DNA from: Mesorhizobium sp.
GTDB taxonomy: Bacteria; Pseudomonadota; Alphaproteobacteria; Rhizobiales; Rhizobiaceae
NCBI RefSeq assembly: GCF_017306585.1
Contig: NZ_JAFKIC010000120.1
Coordinates: 104 to 64,103, forward strand
Length of the DNA: 64,000 bases
Direction: 5' to 3'
The translations under genes and the position numbers were made by a program. Positions 61,123 to 64,000 of this stretch are shown here, piece by piece. The notes under the pieces are model-generated. The model was not told the origin of the DNA, did not search any database, and was given only the letters and a program-made list of their open reading frames with translations. Numbering within the stretch: the stretch's first letter is position 1; each line of letters begins with the position of its first letter.

Positions 61123-62448
61123 TTACGCAGTGTCAAACATGGTAGCCGGCGCCGATTCCGGGTTCAGGAAGACGTTTCTGGGCCATGAAATCTGCACCAC
61201 CGCCCCCTCGCCCAGCCCGCTCGAATTGCGGAAGTCGAGCGCGGCGCCCGAGCGTTCGAGCAGCGTCTTGGCAATGAACAGGCCGAGGCCAAGGCCGCCG
61301 CCGGCCTCAGTGCCTTGCCGCGTCGACATGTAGGGCTCGCCGATGCGGTCGATGATCTCGGGCGGAAAACCCGGCCCGTCATCGATGATCGAGAAGGAGA
61401 CGGTGGCCTCGTCCCAGCTCCAGCGCACGGTGACGCTCTTGCGCGCGAAGTCGACGGCGTTCTCGACCAGATTGCCGAGGCCATAGATGACGCCCGGATT
61501 GCGGCGCCCGACCGGCTCCGGCCCGGCGCGATCGCCCGGGCGAAGCTTGATCGAGATGCCGAAGTCGCGATGCGGCGCCGTGATCTCCTCGACCAGCGAG
61601 GTCAGCGGCAGGCGGGACAAATGCGCCTCGCCTTCGGACGACAGGCTGGTCAGGCGCTTGAGGATTTCGCGGCAGCGCTCGCTTTGCGAACGCAGCAGCG
61701 TGACATCGTCGCCGAATTTCGGATCCTTGCCGAGCGCCTTTTCCATCTCCTTGGCGACCAGCGTGATGGTGGCAAGCGGCGTGCCGAGCTCATGCGCGGC
61801 GGCCGCCGCCAGCCCGTCGAGCGCGGACAGGTGCTGCTCGCGCTGCAGCACCAGTTCGGTGGCGGCGAGCGCATTGGCCAGAAGCCGCGCCTCGGCCGCC
61901 ACCCGGAAAGCGTACATCGCCGTGAAGGCGATCGAGGACAGCACCGCCATCCACATGCCGGCGACATAGATGAAGGGCATCACCAGCGGCGCGCCTTCAT
62001 TCCATGGCAGGGGCAGGTGGATGAAGACCAGGAAGGTCGCCGCTATCATCACCAGTCCGCCCAGTATGGCGGTCAGGCGCAGCGGCAGCGATGTCGCCGA
62101 AATCACGACAGGCACCGTCATCAGCAGCGAGAACGGATTGGTCAGGCCGCCGGTCATGTAGAGCAGGCCGGCAAGCTGCAGGCTGTCGAAGACCAGGATG
62201 CCGAAGGCGGCGAACGGAGTGAGCCGGTGCGCGGCCGGAAAGCGGAAGGCCAGGAACAGGTTCATCCATGCCGAACAGGCGATCAGCGCGAAGCACAGGC
62301 TGACCGGTAGCGGGAATTTCAGGCCGTAGGCGACGACGAGCACGGTCACGCTCTGGCCGACAATGGCAAGCCAGCGCAGCCGGATCAGCGTGTTGAGGCG
62401 CAGCCGCTGGCTCTGCTGGAATTCGGGGGAACGCAGGACGTTGATCAT
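61123..62448 (-). CDS. actS: Sensor histidine kinase ActS (RegB/PrrB family)
   Basis: The 441-aa protein has a six-TM N-terminus, an H-box AAAHELGTPLATI, a RegB-type quinone/redox region, and HATPase G-boxes (DDGPGF, GLGLGLF). Confidence 0.9.
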   Translation of the reverse strand: MINVLRSPEFQQSQRLRLNTLIRLRWLAIVGQSVTVLVVAYGLKFPLPVSLCFALIACSAWMNLFLAFRFPAAHRLTPFAAFGILVFDSLQLAGLLYMTGGLTNPFSLLMTVPVVISATSLPLRLTAILGGLVMIAATFLVFIHLPLPWNEGAPLVMPFIYVAGMWMAVLSSIAFTAMYAFRVAAEARLLANALAATELVLQREQHLSALDGLAAAAAHELGTPLATITLVAKEMEKALGKDPKFGDDVTLLRSQSERCREILKRLTSLSSEGEAHLSRLPLTSLVEEITAPHRDFGISIKLRPGDRAGPEPVGRRNPGVIYGLGNLVENAVDFARKSVTVRWSWDEATVSFSIIDDGPGFPPEIIDRIGEPYMSTRQGTEAGGGLGLGLFIAKTLLERSGAALDFRNSSGLGEGAVVQISWPRNVFLNPESAPATMFDTA

Positions 62449-62481
62449 GACGAATGGATTACAGCCGCTGAGGGGTAAGCG

Positions 62482-64000
62482 CTAGGTCCCGCGCGGTTTT
62501 GCCCGGCTGGTGGCGGCGGCAAGCAGCGGGTTTTCCGGCCAGACATGGCGGGGGTAGCGGCCGCGCATGTCGGTGCGCACGTCTGCCCAGGAGCCGCGCC
62601 AGAAGCCCGGCAGGTCACGCGTCGTCTGGATCGGCCGGTGCGCGGGCGACAGAAGCTCGAGCGTCAGCGGCACCGTGCCGTTGGCGATCGATGGGTGGCG
62701 ATCGAGGCCGAACAGTTCCTGGACGCGAACCGCCAGCACCGGCCATTCGCCGTCATAGCGTATCGGCAGATGGCTGCCCGACGGCGCATCGAAATGGGTC
62801 GGCGCCAGTGCCTCGACGCGGCGCTGCAGCTCGTGCGGCACGCGTGACATCAGCCCGGCGGTGACGGCGCTGGAATCGATGCCGGAAAAGGACGCCGCAC
62901 CCGACAGGAACGGCAGCAGCCAGTCGTCGAGACGCTCGATGAGCGCCTCATCCGACATGTCGGGCCATGGCGCGCCGAGTCCTCGATGCAGCCAGGACAG
63001 GCGCTGGCGCAGCGTTTCGGCCTCCTTGCTCCAGGTCAGCAGCGACAGGCCGTGTTCGCGCAGGGCGTCTAGGATCGCCTGATCGGCATCGGCCCCCGAT
63101 GGCGCCGGCAACATGCGCTCGGCGAGCGTAATGGCGCCGAGCCGGACCGTCTCGCGCACGCGCACGGCGCGCCTGTCGCGGTCGAAGCTTGTCTGCCGGC
63201 GCGTCTCGATGCGGTCGCCCAGCGCGGTGCGGATGTCGTCCTCGCCGATCGCCGCGGCGGCGGCTATGCGTGCGTTCTGCGCCTTGCCCTGGAGGTCAGC
63301 GACGACCAGATAAGGCTCGCCGGCCAGCGGGTCGGCAGCATCGAGCATGGCGCCGGAGCCATTGGCCAGGACAAAACGGCCGCGCTCGCCGCGCGCCTTT
63401 GCAACACGATCCGGCCAGGCGTGGATGAGCAGGGGGCCGGCCGATGCCGCCTCGCTGTTCGTTGCGTTACCCACCTGTTTCGCCAGCCTCTCGGCCAGTT
63501 GCCGCGCGGCGGTGGCGCGCGGCGATCGGTCAGCGCGAAAGTGCATCAGCCGCCGTTCGAGGTCGGCGCCGTCGCCGCCCAATCCGCGTTCGGTCAGCAG
63601 CACGGCAAGCATGGCCGCTTCGCCGGCATGACCGCCGCTCGCCGCCTCCGCGACCATGTGCGCCAGCCGCACGGGCAGAGCGAGCTTCCGCATCGACATG
63701 CCCGCCTCGGTCAAACGCCCCGCTTCGTCGATGGCATGAAGCGCGCGCAACAAAACCCTTGCCTCGTTGAGCGCGGGCGCCGGCGGCGGATCGAGGAAGG
63801 CGAGCGTGCCAGGGTCGGCGACGCCGAAAGCAGCGCAGTCGAGCAGCAGACCGGAAAGGTCGGCCTCGAGGATTTCCGGCGGCGTGAAGGCGGGAAGCGC
63901 CGCCGTCTGCTCGGCGCGCCACAGGCGTATGGCGACGCCGGCCTGCGTGCGGCCGGCACGGCCGGCGCGCTGGTCGGCGGAAGCCCTGCTGACGCGGACC
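62482..64000 (-). CDS. hrpB: ATP-dependent RNA helicase HrpB, C-terminal part (5-prime end beyond the window)
   Basis: The reading frame stays open past the first Met of the 423-aa ORF to the window edge. The sequence matches the HA2/OB and HrpB C-terminal domain pattern (..DRHPSIANGTVPLTLELLSPAHRPIQTTRDLPGFW..). Confidence 0.85.
   Translation of the reverse strand, partial: VRVSRASADQRAGRAGRTQAGVAIRLWRAEQTAALPAFTPPEILEADLSGLLLDCAAFGVADPGTLAFLDPPPAPALNEARVLLRALHAIDEAGRLTEAGMSMRKLALPVRLAHMVAEAASGGHAGEAAMLAVLLTERGLGGDGADLERRLMHFRADRSPRATAARQLAERLAKQVGNATNSEAASAGPLLIHAWPDRVAKARGERGRFVLANGSGAMLDAADPLAGEPYLVVADLQGKAQNARIAAAAAIGEDDIRTALGDRIETRRQTSFDRDRRAVRVRETVRLGAITLAERMLPAPSGADADQAILDALREHGLSLLTWSKEAETLRQRLSWLHRGLGAPWPDMSDEALIERLDDWLLPFLSGAASFSGIDSSAVTAGLMSRVPHELQRRVEALAPTHFDAPSGSHLPIRYDGEWPVLAVRVQELFGLDRHPSIANGTVPLTLELLSPAHRPIQTTRDLPGFWRGSWADVRTDMRGRYPRHVWPENPLLAAATSRAKPRGT

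Overview
This is a GC-rich alphaproteobacterial chromosome segment. Gene content, synteny (glnD-murJ, hrpB-actS-actR) and intergenic repeat families point to Rhizobiales, most like Mesorhizobium/Phyllobacteriaceae (inference only, no search was possible). I support about 60 protein-coding genes. Most are housekeeping or ordinary metabolism: ilvD, prfC, dut, maeB, mutS, glnD, murJ, trpS, nhaA, actSR, a copA-type ATPase and cueR, plus assorted regulators, transporters and catabolic enzymes. I recognised no rRNA, tRNA, CRISPR array, transposase, integrase or phage gene. Many long ORFs in the track are antisense or N-terminally over-extended artefacts of high GC content, so I trimmed starts where a better-supported start exists. 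The most unusual locus lies at 41.8-45.9 kb. It holds four tandem, diverged but apparently intact GT25 glycosyltransferase paralogues between copA and glnD. The fourth copy is flanked by about 270-bp direct repeats consisting of the glnD promoter and 5-prime coding region; the upstream copy is a frameshifted glnD pseudo-fragment. An AT-poor-GC spacer sits between paralogues 1 and 2. A second small glycan cassette (RmlC-like cupin plus GT2) sits between murJ and trpS, so the glnD-murJ operon is bracketed by surface-glycan genes. Other points of note are listed here.
- A textbook MerR/CueR-type promoter lies upstream of copA, while cueR is 14 kb away.
- A proline-racemase-family enzyme with a Cys/Thr catalytic pair is translationally coupled to an ICL/PEP-mutase-family gene.
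- A tetR gene is translationally coupled to a haloalkane dehalogenase, next to an 18-bp perfect palindrome.
- Two families of intergenic hairpin repeats are present.
- An orphan antitoxin-like HTH protein is present.
- An uncharacterised two-gene cassette lies downstream of mutS.
I see no clear defence, secretion or mobile system. All family assignments come from motif recognition by eye and need HMM/BLAST confirmation.
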